Shown here in pieces: positions 21,963 to 31,634 of a DNA stretch of 64,000 nt. The notes beneath the pieces are model-generated. The model worked only from the letters and a program-made list of their open reading frames with translations, searched no databases and was not told where the DNA came from. The stretch comes from Gammaproteobacteria bacterium. GTDB taxonomy: Bacteria; Pseudomonadota; Gammaproteobacteria; JABCZS01. Numbering within the stretch: the stretch's first letter is position 1; each line of letters opens with the position of its first letter. The stretch covers positions 2,092 through 66,091 of the forward strand of contig JAJFKJ010000013.1 of NCBI GenBank assembly GCA_021773275.1. Reading direction: 5' to 3'. The translations under genes and the position numbers were made by a program.

Positions 21963-23033
21963 ATGGTAACTATGTTAAGTAGTACCGTATTACAGCAGTT
22001 TCGTAATATTTCTGGCTACGCCTATACCGCCACTTTAGCAGTAATGGCAGGCCTGGAAGTCTGGTCTACGTATGCAAGAAACGCAGAAGAGTTCGATAAC
22101 CAAATCGGTATTATCGATGAAGATACACCTGAAGCTGCACACCTTGTTGAAGTTGCACCAGCTGCTGAAGAAAAACCTGAAGTTGCGCAACTTGCTGAAG
22201 TTGCCCCAGCCGTTGAAACTACGCCACTTTTCGAATCAAATGAAAACTTACCTGTTACACCTGAAGTAAGAGAACGTTTTAATACGTGGTTGCGGGAAGC
22301 GATTAAAAAAGATATTAACATCAGCGAAGCTTATAAAATATGGAAAAAAGAAGACAAACCCGCTCACCATATATTTGCTTATGATCGTTGGCATGCGCTC
22401 CAGCAGCTAAGATTAGAAGAAGATTCAGCATATACTGACGCCTTTGAAATAAGCCAAGAAGCTATCGTTGCGCTTGCTACAAAACCAGGAGAAATCACTA
22501 CGCAAGAAATAGCTAATGCACGCATGCAAAGACACGAAGACCGTCAAAGAATACATCCAAAAAATATTATTCAAAAAAATGAATCCGGATTCTTTTCAGA
22601 TCGTGAAAAGTTTAGCTTGTCTGTATTTGGTTTTCTTTTGACCCTAGTAGCCGCTGGCTTCGGCATAGCTGCAGCAGAAGATGCATTTAATAACAACAGC
22701 TCCCAAATAGATGAATCGGGTGACTGCGTTAGCTTGCCTTACGAACCCGTTCGCCCTGGACCCGGGCCTGATCGCCCTGATCAAGATTTCTCTGATTTTG
22801 CTGTTGAGCAAGAAGGTTCTAGCGAAGGCTTTGAACTTGCAATGAACACCGAACTTGGTATTGCCTTGATTGCGGTTGTTAGCTTGATTGCATTACTGGC
22901 TGCTGCGGGCTTTGCGGCGTATCAAAATAATTCAAGTGCGACAACAAGCCCCGTTCGTGCTTCTGTTGATAGCAGTGGTGTTGATGTGCTTGATTCTGCA
23001 AATGTACAACCGTCTGCTTTGCGCCTCACTTAA
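21963..23033 (+). CDS. Hypothetical protein with tandem 16-aa acidic repeats and C-terminal hydrophobic segments (effector-like)
   Basis: 356 aa. DNA tandem repeat at 22128-22223 encodes PEAAHLVEVAPAAEEK / PEVAQLAEVAPAVETT. Two hydrophobic stretches near the C-terminus. The gene is flanked by composite repeats R1 and R2. Confidence 0.5.
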   Translation: MVTMLSSTVLQQFRNISGYAYTATLAVMAGLEVWSTYARNAEEFDNQIGIIDEDTPEAAHLVEVAPAAEEKPEVAQLAEVAPAVETTPLFESNENLPVTPEVRERFNTWLREAIKKDINISEAYKIWKKEDKPAHHIFAYDRWHALQQLRLEEDSAYTDAFEISQEAIVALATKPGEITTQEIANARMQRHEDRQRIHPKNIIQKNESGFFSDREKFSLSVFGFLLTLVAAGFGIAAAEDAFNNNSSQIDESGDCVSLPYEPVRPGPGPDRPDQDFSDFAVEQEGSSEGFELAMNTELGIALIAVVSLIALLAAAGFAAYQNNSSATTSPVRASVDSSGVDVLDSANVQPSALRLT

Positions 23034-23071
23034 GATTCAAAAAACCCTTGGCAATTACATTGCTGCGCAAT

Positions 23072-23174
23072 GTCGGGTCGCACAGGGTGCGACCCCTACG
23101 TTAAGATCATTGCGAGATAACAGCAGATACGTCTTGCATACCATGCAACCGCTTACTAGCGTGCGCGGCTCTGA
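23072..23174. repeat. Composite repeat R2: single inverted REP (ends cccctac at 23098) plus the same ~80-bp tail as R1
   Basis: gtcgggtcgcacagggtgcgacccctac, then taagatcattgcgagataacagcagatacgtcttgcataccatgcaaccgcttactagcgtgcgcggctctga. Homologous to 21584-21690. Confidence 0.7.
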
Positions 23175-23177
23175 TAG

Positions 23178-23528
23178 CTACTGTGGAATAGCAGGCTCAT
23201 CTACTTCGATGATGACTTCAGGTGCAGTTTGTTGCTGCTGCATCTGTACAGGTGCAACAGGAATTTCCGAAATACGTGCTGCTTTGCTACGCTGCACAGC
23301 AATACCGCTTAAGGTTAAGCTGGTGATAAAAAACGCTGTAGCAAGAATCGCTGTAACGCGGGTAAAAAAGTTACCGGAACCTTGGCTACCAAATAGTGTT
23401 TGAGAACCACCGGCACCGCCGCCGCTGCCGCCTAAAGCACCCATGCCGCCTTTACCTTGTTGCATTAACACCATCACGATCAGTGAACCGGCAATAACAA
23501 CGTGAATCATCAAAATTATTTCATACAT
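23178..23528 (-). CDS. secG: Preprotein translocase subunit SecG
   Basis: 116 aa with a Gly-rich loop between two TM helices. Downstream of tpiA, as in Pseudomonas and Legionella. Confidence 0.9.
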   Translation of the reverse strand: MYEIILMIHVVIAGSLIVMVLMQQGKGGMGALGGSGGGAGGSQTLFGSQGSGNFFTRVTAILATAFFITSLTLSGIAVQRSKAARISEIPVAPVQMQQQQTAPEVIIEVDEPAIPQ

Positions 23529-23531
23529 GTC

Positions 23532-24275
23532 TTAACTCGCTGCTTGTACGATAGCGGCAAAGGCTTCTGGCTGCAGTGCAGCACCACCAATTAAACCACC
23601 ATCAATATCTTTCTGTGAAAACAATGCTGCTGCATTATCAGGCTTAACACTGCCGCCATACAATATTTGTAGGCCTTCGGCAACTTCAGCATCTTGCTTG
23701 TGCAACCACTGGCGCAAGCTCTGATGCACTTCTTGCGCTTGCTCTGTGCTAGCAGCTTTGCCTGTACCTATCGCCCAAACAGGCTCATAGGCGAGCACAG
23801 CCTTGGCTAATGCCTTGATGCCACAACGCGCAACCACCGCCTTGAGCTGGCCCACAACCACGTCTTGGGTTTGCCCTTGCTCACGCTGGAACAGCGTCTC
23901 ACCAACGCACAGTACGGGAATTAAGCCCTTAGCCTGCACTTGCACAAATTTCTCAGCTACGTCTTCACTCGTTTCCGCACACATGGCGCGGCGCTCAGAA
24001 TGGCCAATGATAACATATTTGCAGCCCTGCTCGTGTAACATTTGGGCAGAAATCTGGCCTGTATAGGCACCTTCGGCATGGTCGCTGGCGTCCTGTGCGC
24101 CCAAGGCTACATTCGTATCAGCCAGATGGTGCTGCGCGGCGTGCAGGTACACAAATGGCGGGCAGATAGCAACCTCTGCTGTAAACGCTGTATCCGCAAG
24201 CTGCTCGCGATGAGCCACAACCAAATCAGCATTGCCGTTCATCTTCCAATTTCCGATAACCAGTTTTTGTCTCAT
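23532..24275 (-). CDS. tpiA: Triosephosphate isomerase
   Basis: 247 aa. Active-site context AYEPVWAIGTG and GGSVKPDN. Confidence 0.9.
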   Translation of the reverse strand: MRQKLVIGNWKMNGNADLVVAHREQLADTAFTAEVAICPPFVYLHAAQHHLADTNVALGAQDASDHAEGAYTGQISAQMLHEQGCKYVIIGHSERRAMCAETSEDVAEKFVQVQAKGLIPVLCVGETLFQREQGQTQDVVVGQLKAVVARCGIKALAKAVLAYEPVWAIGTGKAASTEQAQEVHQSLRQWLHKQDAEVAEGLQILYGGSVKPDNAAALFSQKDIDGGLIGGAALQPEAFAAIVQAAS

Positions 24276-24282
24276 GACTCCC

Positions 24283-25686
24283 TCATCTTGTTTTCATCTG
24301 AAAAGCATCCAACGTTGCATTGTTTTTATTATCGGTATACATCGCGTAATCATCGCCTGCACTCGGGTAGCACACGTATATCGTATTAACAGGTACGCCA
24401 CTGTACTCCCTGGGCTGCGATGAACAAAAACCAAACGCTGCTCGAATAGTGCTATCAATGCGACGCGAATAGTTATCGCTAAAATCTGGTCTAGCAATAA
24501 CATTGAGCACCACAATGCCATCAGGCTGCAATACTTTTTCGATATCTTTAAAATATTCTATTGTTACCAGATGCTGGGGTATCGCTAGCGGGCTGTTGTA
24601 AGCATCGACGACAACCACATCAAAACGTTTTTGGGTTGTTTGCAGATACTGCCTTGCATCTTGGGCAACAAACTCGCCGTGCACTGGGCCTGAAAAATGT
24701 TCTTCAGATATATCTTTGATATCTGGGTCAATATCGATGTATACAAAGCGATTGTTGTCTTGCGCATTTATGGTTAGGGTAAAGCCTCCTGCGCCGAGAA
24801 TTAGAATATCTGCATCATTCATATTTAAATCATTGAACAAGATACTTTTGATGGCTTCCACATAAGGATAACCGCGACCATACGTATCGAGCATGGAGCT
24901 ATAGCTGTTATTAATCTCGAGCTGTTTCACCAGATTATTTTCTGTTAGAAAGTTAGTGACACGATAATTCGCATAGTTATTGGTTTTCAAAAAATATGAT
25001 TTTTCAGTCGATGCATTGAGCATGACGGTAGCTGGCAGGACAAGCACCAAGGCCAAACCACAAACGATGGCATCGGCCCGTTTGCGAATTAAGAACGCGG
25101 CCAGGAATATCAGCAAAAAGGTATTAATGATCACGGTAGCCGCAACACCTAATAAAGTAAACAAGACTATGCTTGTCACTACTGCGCCCAAAAACGAACC
25201 CAGGGTGCTCATGTGCATAATGCGGCCACCAAGCAAACCCGTTTCGATTTCTTTACTGCCTGGGAATAAATGCAAAGTCAAAGGTACTGTTTGCCCCAAA
25301 AAATACACAAGAGGCGCCGTGATAAGCAATAAATAACTTAACAAGGGGATCATGTCATGAATAGGTAAGTAACGATAAGCCAGCACAAACCATTGATGAA
25401 TAAAAAAGTAAGACAAACCAAAGCCGATCAACACGGCTGAAATAAGAAGGTTACGCGCGAGTATTCTGGCATGATTTTCTTTGATCATGCCGCCTTTGCG
25501 ATAACCGTAAGCCAAAAACAACAAAAATATACCAATGATGATGCTGGTCACAACAACACTGTTACCAACGAAAGGGATCAGCTGCCTGATCGTTAAGATC
25601 TCCGCTGAGATAGTGACAAACCCTTCGATTAACACGATGGCGAGCAAAATGAATGCTTGAAGCTTCGTCCCTGAAATGTTGCGCAT
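24283..25686 (-). CDS. Polytopic membrane protein fused to a spermidine-synthase-like (AdoMet-dependent aminopropyltransferase fold) domain
   Basis: 467 aa. About 8 N-terminal TM helices, then DILILGAGGFTL ... FDVVVVDAY, characteristic of the SpeE-like fold. Confidence 0.65.
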   Translation of the reverse strand: MRNISGTKLQAFILLAIVLIEGFVTISAEILTIRQLIPFVGNSVVVTSIIIGIFLLFLAYGYRKGGMIKENHARILARNLLISAVLIGFGLSYFFIHQWFVLAYRYLPIHDMIPLLSYLLLITAPLVYFLGQTVPLTLHLFPGSKEIETGLLGGRIMHMSTLGSFLGAVVTSIVLFTLLGVAATVIINTFLLIFLAAFLIRKRADAIVCGLALVLVLPATVMLNASTEKSYFLKTNNYANYRVTNFLTENNLVKQLEINNSYSSMLDTYGRGYPYVEAIKSILFNDLNMNDADILILGAGGFTLTINAQDNNRFVYIDIDPDIKDISEEHFSGPVHGEFVAQDARQYLQTTQKRFDVVVVDAYNSPLAIPQHLVTIEYFKDIEKVLQPDGIVVLNVIARPDFSDNYSRRIDSTIRAAFGFCSSQPREYSGVPVNTIYVCYPSAGDDYAMYTDNKNNATLDAFQMKTR

Positions 25687-25705
25687 GCTTCCTTCCTTTT
25701 ACATT

Positions 25706-27061
25706 CTATACTGGTTCGTGCGTCAGCACGTTTTTCACAATGCCGGCAAGTACAGTGGCATTGTGACGCACTTGCTTGTTATCGCGGCCTTCGACCATCA
25801 CGCGCACCACAGGTTCGGTGCCAGAGCGGCGCAATAGCACCCGGCCATCACTGCCCATTTGTTTTTCTATATCTTCTATAGCTTTAACAATATCAGGCTG
25901 TTTTAGTGGGTCTTGCGAACACTTAACGGCAATGTTAATCATCACCTGCGGGTGCATCACTAATTCTGTTAGTGCATCGCGAAGTGATATTTTCCAAAAC
26001 TGTAATGCCTCTAGCACTTGCAAGGCTGCCATGATGCCATCACCTGTAGAGTTACGTTGCATTTGAATAATATGGCCTGAAGATTCGCCACCCAGTTGCC
26101 AACCCGCTTCTTGCAGAGCAGCCAAAACAAATTTGTCACCCACATTTGTGCGGGTAAACTTTAAGCCCATTTTTTTAATGGCTTGTTCAAGTCCGAGGTT
26201 ACTCATCTGGGTGCCTACAACACCTTTTTTAACTGTCTTTTTCTCAGCGCCATATTTGGCCATAATATACACAAGTTGATCGCCATCGATCACTTCGCCA
26301 GTGTGGTCAACCATAATTACGCGATCGCCATCACCATCGAAAGCGATGCCAACATCTGCTTTTTGCTTAACGACAGCTTGTTGAAGATTTGTTGTATATG
26401 TCGAACCACAATGGTCGTTGATATTCAGGCCGTTAGGTGAAACACCCAAGGTTTCGATTTGCGCACCGAACTGTGCAAACAATTGTGGCGCAATATGATA
26501 ATTTGCACCATTCGCGCAATCGACAATAATTTTTAAGCCATGCAGCGATAAGTTTTTAAATTGTTGTTTGCAAAAATCAATATAGCGTTGCTGCGCATTT
26601 TCGATGCGGTAAGCTTTACCCAAGTGATCGGGCGCAACCGTCACCAAAGGTATCGCTAAATGTTGTTCTATAAGTTGTTCAGTATCCGCATCCAACTTTT
26701 CACCTTTGCTGGAGAAAAACTTAAAGCCATTATCCGTGTAAGGATTATGAGAAGCGCTGATGACAATACCTGCATCGGCTTTCAATTCTCGGGTTAAGTA
26801 AGCGATGCCTGGCGTTGGCATAGGGCCTAATAAACAAACATCAACGCCCGCTGCAGACAAACCTGCTTCCAGTGCTGACTCGAACATGTAACCCGAGATA
26901 CGTGTATCTTTACCGATCACAACTTTGCTGGTGCCTTGTTTTGCCAATACTCGCCCTGCAGCCCAGCCTAGCTTTAAAATATAATCTACGGTAATGGGTG
27001 CTTCACCTACGCGACCGCGTATGCCATCGGTGCCAAATTTTGTTTTGAAAGTCATTGTCAT
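25706..27061 (-). CDS. glmM: Phosphoglucosamine mutase
   Basis: 451 aa. FGTDGIRG, and the phospho-Ser loop SASHNPYTDNGFKFF. Confidence 0.9.
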   Translation of the reverse strand: MTMTFKTKFGTDGIRGRVGEAPITVDYILKLGWAAGRVLAKQGTSKVVIGKDTRISGYMFESALEAGLSAAGVDVCLLGPMPTPGIAYLTRELKADAGIVISASHNPYTDNGFKFFSSKGEKLDADTEQLIEQHLAIPLVTVAPDHLGKAYRIENAQQRYIDFCKQQFKNLSLHGLKIIVDCANGANYHIAPQLFAQFGAQIETLGVSPNGLNINDHCGSTYTTNLQQAVVKQKADVGIAFDGDGDRVIMVDHTGEVIDGDQLVYIMAKYGAEKKTVKKGVVGTQMSNLGLEQAIKKMGLKFTRTNVGDKFVLAALQEAGWQLGGESSGHIIQMQRNSTGDGIMAALQVLEALQFWKISLRDALTELVMHPQVMINIAVKCSQDPLKQPDIVKAIEDIEKQMGSDGRVLLRRSGTEPVVRVMVEGRDNKQVRHNATVLAGIVKNVLTHEPV

Positions 27062-27062
27062 C

Positions 27063-27863
27063 TTAAGCTGTCTCCAGATGATTTAAAGCCGAAACAACTT
27101 TTATAGCGTCGAGCGTGCCCGCAACATCGTGCGTGCGAACAATGTCAACACCTTGTAGTAATGCAACAACGGTTGCCGCTAAACTACCTGCAAAGCGTTC
27201 TTCCACAGGCTTACCCGTAATATTTCCAAACATCGACTTGCGTGACAAGCCAATTAGAATACGACAGCCTAGTTGCTGAAAATGTTTCAAGCTTTTTAAT
27301 AATTTTAAATTGTGTTGCAGTGTTTTGCCAAAACCAAAACCCGGATCAATTATGATGCGAGACTTATTGATGCCTTGTTGTTCGCAAGCTTGTACGCGTT
27401 GTTCTAAAAAATCGAATACGTCCTTGACCACGTCGCTATACTCAGGGTTTTCTTGCATTGTGTGAGGTTGCCCTTGCATATGCATGATGCAAACATCAGC
27501 ATTGCTGCTTGCCACTGTCTCTAGCGCTTGCTCATCTTGCAATGCATCAACATCGTTAATCGTCTGCACACCCAGCTGCAACACTGCTTGCATGACTTGT
27601 GTACGACGCGTATCAACTGAGATAGGTTTACCTAATGATTTAATTGCTTCGATTACCGGTAAAATACGATCGAGTTCTTCTTGCACTGAAACCGGCTGCG
27701 CACCCGGGCGTGTTGATTCACCCCCAACATCAAAGATATCGACGCCTTCATGCAACATTTGTTCGGCACGCATATAACCACCCGCAACAGTATTGTACTG
27801 CCCGCCGTCAGAAAATGAATCGGGCGTGATATTAAGCACGCCCATAATTTGTGTGTTTTTCAT
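27063..27863 (-). CDS. folP: Dihydropteroate synthase
   Basis: 266 aa. MGVLNITPDSFSDGG pterin-binding motif. ftsH-folP-glmM order is conserved. Confidence 0.9.
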   Translation of the reverse strand: MKNTQIMGVLNITPDSFSDGGQYNTVAGGYMRAEQMLHEGVDIFDVGGESTRPGAQPVSVQEELDRILPVIEAIKSLGKPISVDTRRTQVMQAVLQLGVQTINDVDALQDEQALETVASSNADVCIMHMQGQPHTMQENPEYSDVVKDVFDFLEQRVQACEQQGINKSRIIIDPGFGFGKTLQHNLKLLKSLKHFQQLGCRILIGLSRKSMFGNITGKPVEERFAGSLAATVVALLQGVDIVRTHDVAGTLDAIKVVSALNHLETA

Positions 27864-27877
27864 CTTGTTACTAGCCC

Positions 27878-27962
27878 AAATCCCCCGATAATGACTGCGT
27901 CATTATCTGCCCGCCTTACAAAAGGGGGGCGATTAAAATAAATATTACGCCGTCCCCCCGAG
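27878..27962. repeat. Family-2 structured repeat (copy B), overlapping the ftsH stop codon
   Basis: aatcccccg-[gataatgactgcgtcattatc]-tgcccgccttacaaaaggggggcga. Shares both conserved flanks with copies at 543-589 and 38924-38986, but the internal palindrome differs. Confidence 0.6.
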
Positions 27963-29879
27963 TGAATCAGGGTTCTTCATCGAGCTCGTCTTTTTTACGG
28001 GGTCGGGTTCCAAAGCTGTGGGAGCAGTGGGTGTTGTGTTATTGTCATCTTCTTCTTCAAAGTGCTCTGGCGGCTGTGGTTCACGGCCTTCCATAATATC
28101 TTGAATCTGTTCTGCATCTAAGGTTTCGTATTTGATAAGCGCTTCAGACATCGCATGCAAAATATGAATATTATCTTTAAGAATTTTTTCTGCGGTAGCA
28201 TAAGCCTTGTCGATAATAGCGCGCACTTCTTCATCAATTGCTTTTGCTGTTTCGCCTGAAACCGCTTTATGTTGGGTAACGGAACGGCCTAAGAATACCT
28301 CGCCTTCGTCTTCACCATAAGCCAATGGGCCTAAGCGCTCAGACAAGCCCCATTTTGTAACCATATTATGTGCTAGCTCTGTTGCCTTTTCAATATCGTT
28401 TGATGCACCCGTTGTGATCGCATCTTTGCCAAAAATTATTTCCTCGGCAATACGGCCACCATACAGTGATGCCAATTGGCTGCGCAAACGTTGCACTGAA
28501 TAACTGTAGCGATCCCTTTCTGGCATATGCATGGTTACACCCAATGCGCGACCACGCGGGATAATTGTTACTTTATAAACTGGGTCATGTTCTGGCACCA
28601 AACGACCAACAATTGTGTGCCCTGCTTCATGGTAGGCTGTGAGTTTTCTCTCGTCTTCATCCATTACCATCGACTTACGCTCAGCACCCATCATGATTTT
28701 ATCTTTGGCTAACTCCATTTCATGCATCGTGATTTCTTCTTTGCCACCACGCGCCGCCAGCAAGGCTGCTTCATTCACAAGATTTGCTAAATCAGCACCA
28801 GAAAACCCGGGTGTACCTCGAGCAATCACTTCTGGTTTAAGAGAATCGGCAAATGTAACCTTCCTCAAGTGCACTTTTAAAATTGCTTCGCGGCCACGGA
28901 TATCTGGCAAACCCACCACAACCTGGCGATCAAAACGACCCGGGCGCAATAAAGCGGGGTCTAATACATCTGGGCGGTTAGTAGCTGCAATAACAATCAC
29001 ACCTTCGCCACCTTCAAAGCCATCCATCTCGACGAGTAATTGATTAAGCGTTTGTTCACGCTCATCATGCCCACCACCTACACCGGCGCCACGATGGCGG
29101 CCCACGGCATCGATTTCATCGATGAAAATAATACAAGGCGCTTGTTTTTTAGCTTGTTCAAACATGTCACGAACACGTGAAGCACCAACACCGACGAACA
29201 TTTCAACAAAATCGGAACCGGAAATTGTAAAGAATGGTACTTTCGCTTCACCCGCGATTGCACGCGCTAATAAAGTTTTACCGGTACCTGGTTGGCCAAC
29301 CATCAAAATACCGCGCGGAATACGTCCGCCTAAGGTTTGAAACTTGCTTGGGTCACGCAAGAAATCAACAAGTTCAACTACATCTTCTTTGGCTTCCTCA
29401 GCACCGGCAACATCTTTGAATGTTACTTTCACTTCATTCTCACCTAACAGTTTCGCGCGACTCTTACCAAATGACATCGCGCCGCCTTTGCCGCCGCCTT
29501 GCATTTGTCGCATGAAGAAAATCCAAACACCGATGAATAATAATATCGGGAACCAGTTAATAAAAATTTGCATCAATAGGCTGGTTTGCTCGGGCGCTTT
29601 GCCCTCGATTGCAACATCGTTGCTTAATAAATCGCTGATCAGGCCTGGGTCTTCCATTGGCATGTAAGTAGTAAAACGTTGATTGTCACGGGTGAGGCCA
29701 CTGATTGATTGCTTCTCGATAACTACAGACTGCACATAGCCATTATTTACCATGCCCAAGAACTGCGAATAATCGTAGTTATTGCCCGCTGAGGTACGTT
29801 GGCTAAAGTTGCTGAACACCGACATCAGTACAGCAGCGATGATTAACCATAAAAACAAATTCTTCAGCATATCGTTCAA
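27945..29879 (-). CDS. ftsH: ATP-dependent zinc metalloprotease FtsH
   Basis: 644 aa. Two N-terminal TM helices, AAA Walker A GQPGTGKT, second region of homology, HEAGH zinc-binding motif. Confidence 0.95.
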   Translation of the reverse strand: MNDMLKNLFLWLIIAAVLMSVFSNFSQRTSAGNNYDYSQFLGMVNNGYVQSVVIEKQSISGLTRDNQRFTTYMPMEDPGLISDLLSNDVAIEGKAPEQTSLLMQIFINWFPILLFIGVWIFFMRQMQGGGKGGAMSFGKSRAKLLGENEVKVTFKDVAGAEEAKEDVVELVDFLRDPSKFQTLGGRIPRGILMVGQPGTGKTLLARAIAGEAKVPFFTISGSDFVEMFVGVGASRVRDMFEQAKKQAPCIIFIDEIDAVGRHRGAGVGGGHDEREQTLNQLLVEMDGFEGGEGVIVIAATNRPDVLDPALLRPGRFDRQVVVGLPDIRGREAILKVHLRKVTFADSLKPEVIARGTPGFSGADLANLVNEAALLAARGGKEEITMHEMELAKDKIMMGAERKSMVMDEDERKLTAYHEAGHTIVGRLVPEHDPVYKVTIIPRGRALGVTMHMPERDRYSYSVQRLRSQLASLYGGRIAEEIIFGKDAITTGASNDIEKATELAHNMVTKWGLSERLGPLAYGEDEGEVFLGRSVTQHKAVSGETAKAIDEEVRAIIDKAYATAEKILKDNIHILHAMSEALIKYETLDAEQIQDIMEGREPQPPEHFEEEDDNNTTPTAPTALEPDPVKKTSSMKNPDSLGGTA

Positions 29880-29889
29880 GTTGTCGTCC

Positions 29890-30504
29890 TCAGTATTTTT
29901 CTAGAGCTATCAAGTATACCTCTCTTGAGCGCGCTCTTGAAGCTTTAGGCTTATAAATCTTCACTTTTGTATACTTTTTTCGTATATCTAACACAAAAGC
30001 ATCAAAACCGACCCCGTGAAACAGCTTAATACACAGGCTACCACCTGGCCTTAATACCCTGTCAGCCGTATCCTGTGCTATCTGGGCTAAATTAAGGGCT
30101 CTCAAGACATCTGTGTCCTTGTGACCCATCATGTTCGGCGCCATGTCAGATAATACAACATCAATGCCACCTCCCGTAGTACTCAAGATATCGGCCAGAA
30201 GCGCATCATCTTGAATATCACCTTGCCAAATGGTGGCGTTATTAATGGGGTCCATCTCTAGTAAATCAATGGCATAGACATGGCCCGAGTTACCTATCTC
30301 TTGCACCAATACCTGCGTCCAGCCGCCGGGTGCCGCACCGAGCTCAAGCACGCGCATACCAGATTCGATAAGCTTATGTTTTTCTTGGATTTCTTTCAGT
30401 TTAAAAGCCGCTCGCGAACGATAGCCCTGCTCTTTAGCCTGCTTTACATAAGGGTCTTTAAAGTGACGGTCAAGCCACTGACCAGATGATTTCGATTTAG
30501 CCAT
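29890..30504 (-). CDS. rlmE: 23S rRNA (uridine2552-2'-O)-methyltransferase RlmE (FtsJ)
   Basis: 204 aa. RSRAAFKL, and the AdoMet-binding [11 protein letters not shown]. Confidence 0.9.
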   Translation of the reverse strand: MAKSKSSGQWLDRHFKDPYVKQAKEQGYRSRAAFKLKEIQEKHKLIESGMRVLELGAAPGGWTQVLVQEIGNSGHVYAIDLLEMDPINNATIWQGDIQDDALLADILSTTGGGIDVVLSDMAPNMMGHKDTDVLRALNLAQIAQDTADRVLRPGGSLCIKLFHGVGFDAFVLDIRKKYTKVKIYKPKASRARSREVYLIALEKY

Positions 30505-30542
30505 GCGGCTATTATACCATGGCTGCTTGCGGTAATCTCACT

Positions 30543-31325
30543 GCGCCAGCGAACGAGCAGCTGAATCAGCGATATAGCTTCTGCAGCTGCAAGCTTTTAA
30601 CTCATCTGATCGCGCACTAGCGTTTGCGCTCGCTTAATAACTTGTCGCAAGCACATGGGCGAGCGTGAGCGCCAGCGAACGAGCAGCTGGGCCTTCTGTT
30701 GTGAGATAAAGCTAAAAATAGTACCATGCAAAGAAAAGAGAATAATATGAATAGCAATAACCCATATGCATACTTTATAACGTTCACTTGTTATGGTGCA
30801 AGATTACACGGTGATGCTAGAGGCACAGTTGATAGACATCACAATATCATTGAAACACCCTGTATAACACAGAATATTAAACGCAGCTCTTTGGCAAAAG
30901 CAAGAATGAAAGGTAAAAATTATTTGCTTGATGCACCAAGAAGAGACATCGTGCTAAAAGAAGTTAAAAGAACCTGTACATATAATAACTGGCTTCTAAT
31001 TGCAGCTCACATTAGATCAAATCATGTTCACATTGTTTTACGCGCAATGGAACCTCCTGAGTTTATACTAAAGCAATTAAAATCCTACATATCACGTTCA
31101 TTAAATAAACATTTTCCTGAAGATAAAACAAGAAAAAAGTGGACAAAACACGGAAGCACTCGATATATATGGGCTCCCTTACTTGTCGAAGCAGCCATTG
31201 AATATGTTCTACAGAGGCAAGGCAAACCCATGAGTATTTATTCGAATTCAGATTACATGAAAAATATGATTGATGACCTTGATTCATTGCTCATCTGATC
31301 GTTCGCTAGCGCTCACGCTCTCTTA
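30543..31325 (+). mobile_element. RAYT (REP-associated tyrosine transposase, IS200/IS605-like HUH) gene with structured flanking repeats, including perfect 22-bp inverted repeats (30655-30676 / 31302-31323)
   Basis: Left flank: gcgccagcgaacgagcagctg occurs twice (30545, 30663), and ctcatctgatcg (30591) recurs at 31292. Inverted repeats gagcgtgagcgccagcgaacga / tcgttcgctagcgctcacgctc bracket the ORF. The element sits in the rlmE-yhbY divergent intergenic region. Confidence 0.65.
30726..31298 (+). CDS. RAYT/IS200-like HUH single-tyrosine transposase
   Basis: 190 aa. YAYFITFTCYG matches the RAYT N-terminal motif (YYIKGGTWFFT in E. coli YafM). HUH motif is SNHVHIVL. The tyrosine motif TRYIW...IEYVLQRQGKP corresponds to the RAYT DYIYINPVKHG motif. 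Confidence 0.65.
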   Translation: MQRKENNMNSNNPYAYFITFTCYGARLHGDARGTVDRHHNIIETPCITQNIKRSSLAKARMKGKNYLLDAPRRDIVLKEVKRTCTYNNWLLIAAHIRSNHVHIVLRAMEPPEFILKQLKSYISRSLNKHFPEDKTRKKWTKHGSTRYIWAPLLVEAAIEYVLQRQGKPMSIYSNSDYMKNMIDDLDSLLI

Positions 31326-31343
31326 CGTGATATACTCCCCCTT

Positions 31344-31634
31344 ATGACTGACTTATCGAAACAAGACATTAAAGACCTGAAGCAAAAGGCCCATCATTTG
31401 AAGCCTGTGATTCTTATGGGTGATAAAGGCCTTTCTGAGGCGGTGCAAAAAGAGATTGGCGTGGCACTTGGCGCCCATGAGCTGATCAAGATTCGTGTTA
31501 GTGCTGAAGATCACACCGAGCGTGACACCACTATCAAAACCATCTGCGAACATCACAACGCTGTGCTGATCCAACAGATTGGCCATATGGCGACGATTTA
31601 TAAAGCTAAAGCTGCTAAAGCTAAAGAAGTCTAG
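31344..31634 (+). CDS. yhbY: RNA-binding CRM-domain protein YhbY
   Basis: 96 aa. KPVILMGDKGLSEAVQKEIGVAL...HELIKIRV is characteristic of YhbY. It is the divergent neighbour of rlmE in enterics. Confidence 0.85.
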   Translation: MTDLSKQDIKDLKQKAHHLKPVILMGDKGLSEAVQKEIGVALGAHELIKIRVSAEDHTERDTTIKTICEHHNAVLIQQIGHMATIYKAKAAKAKEV

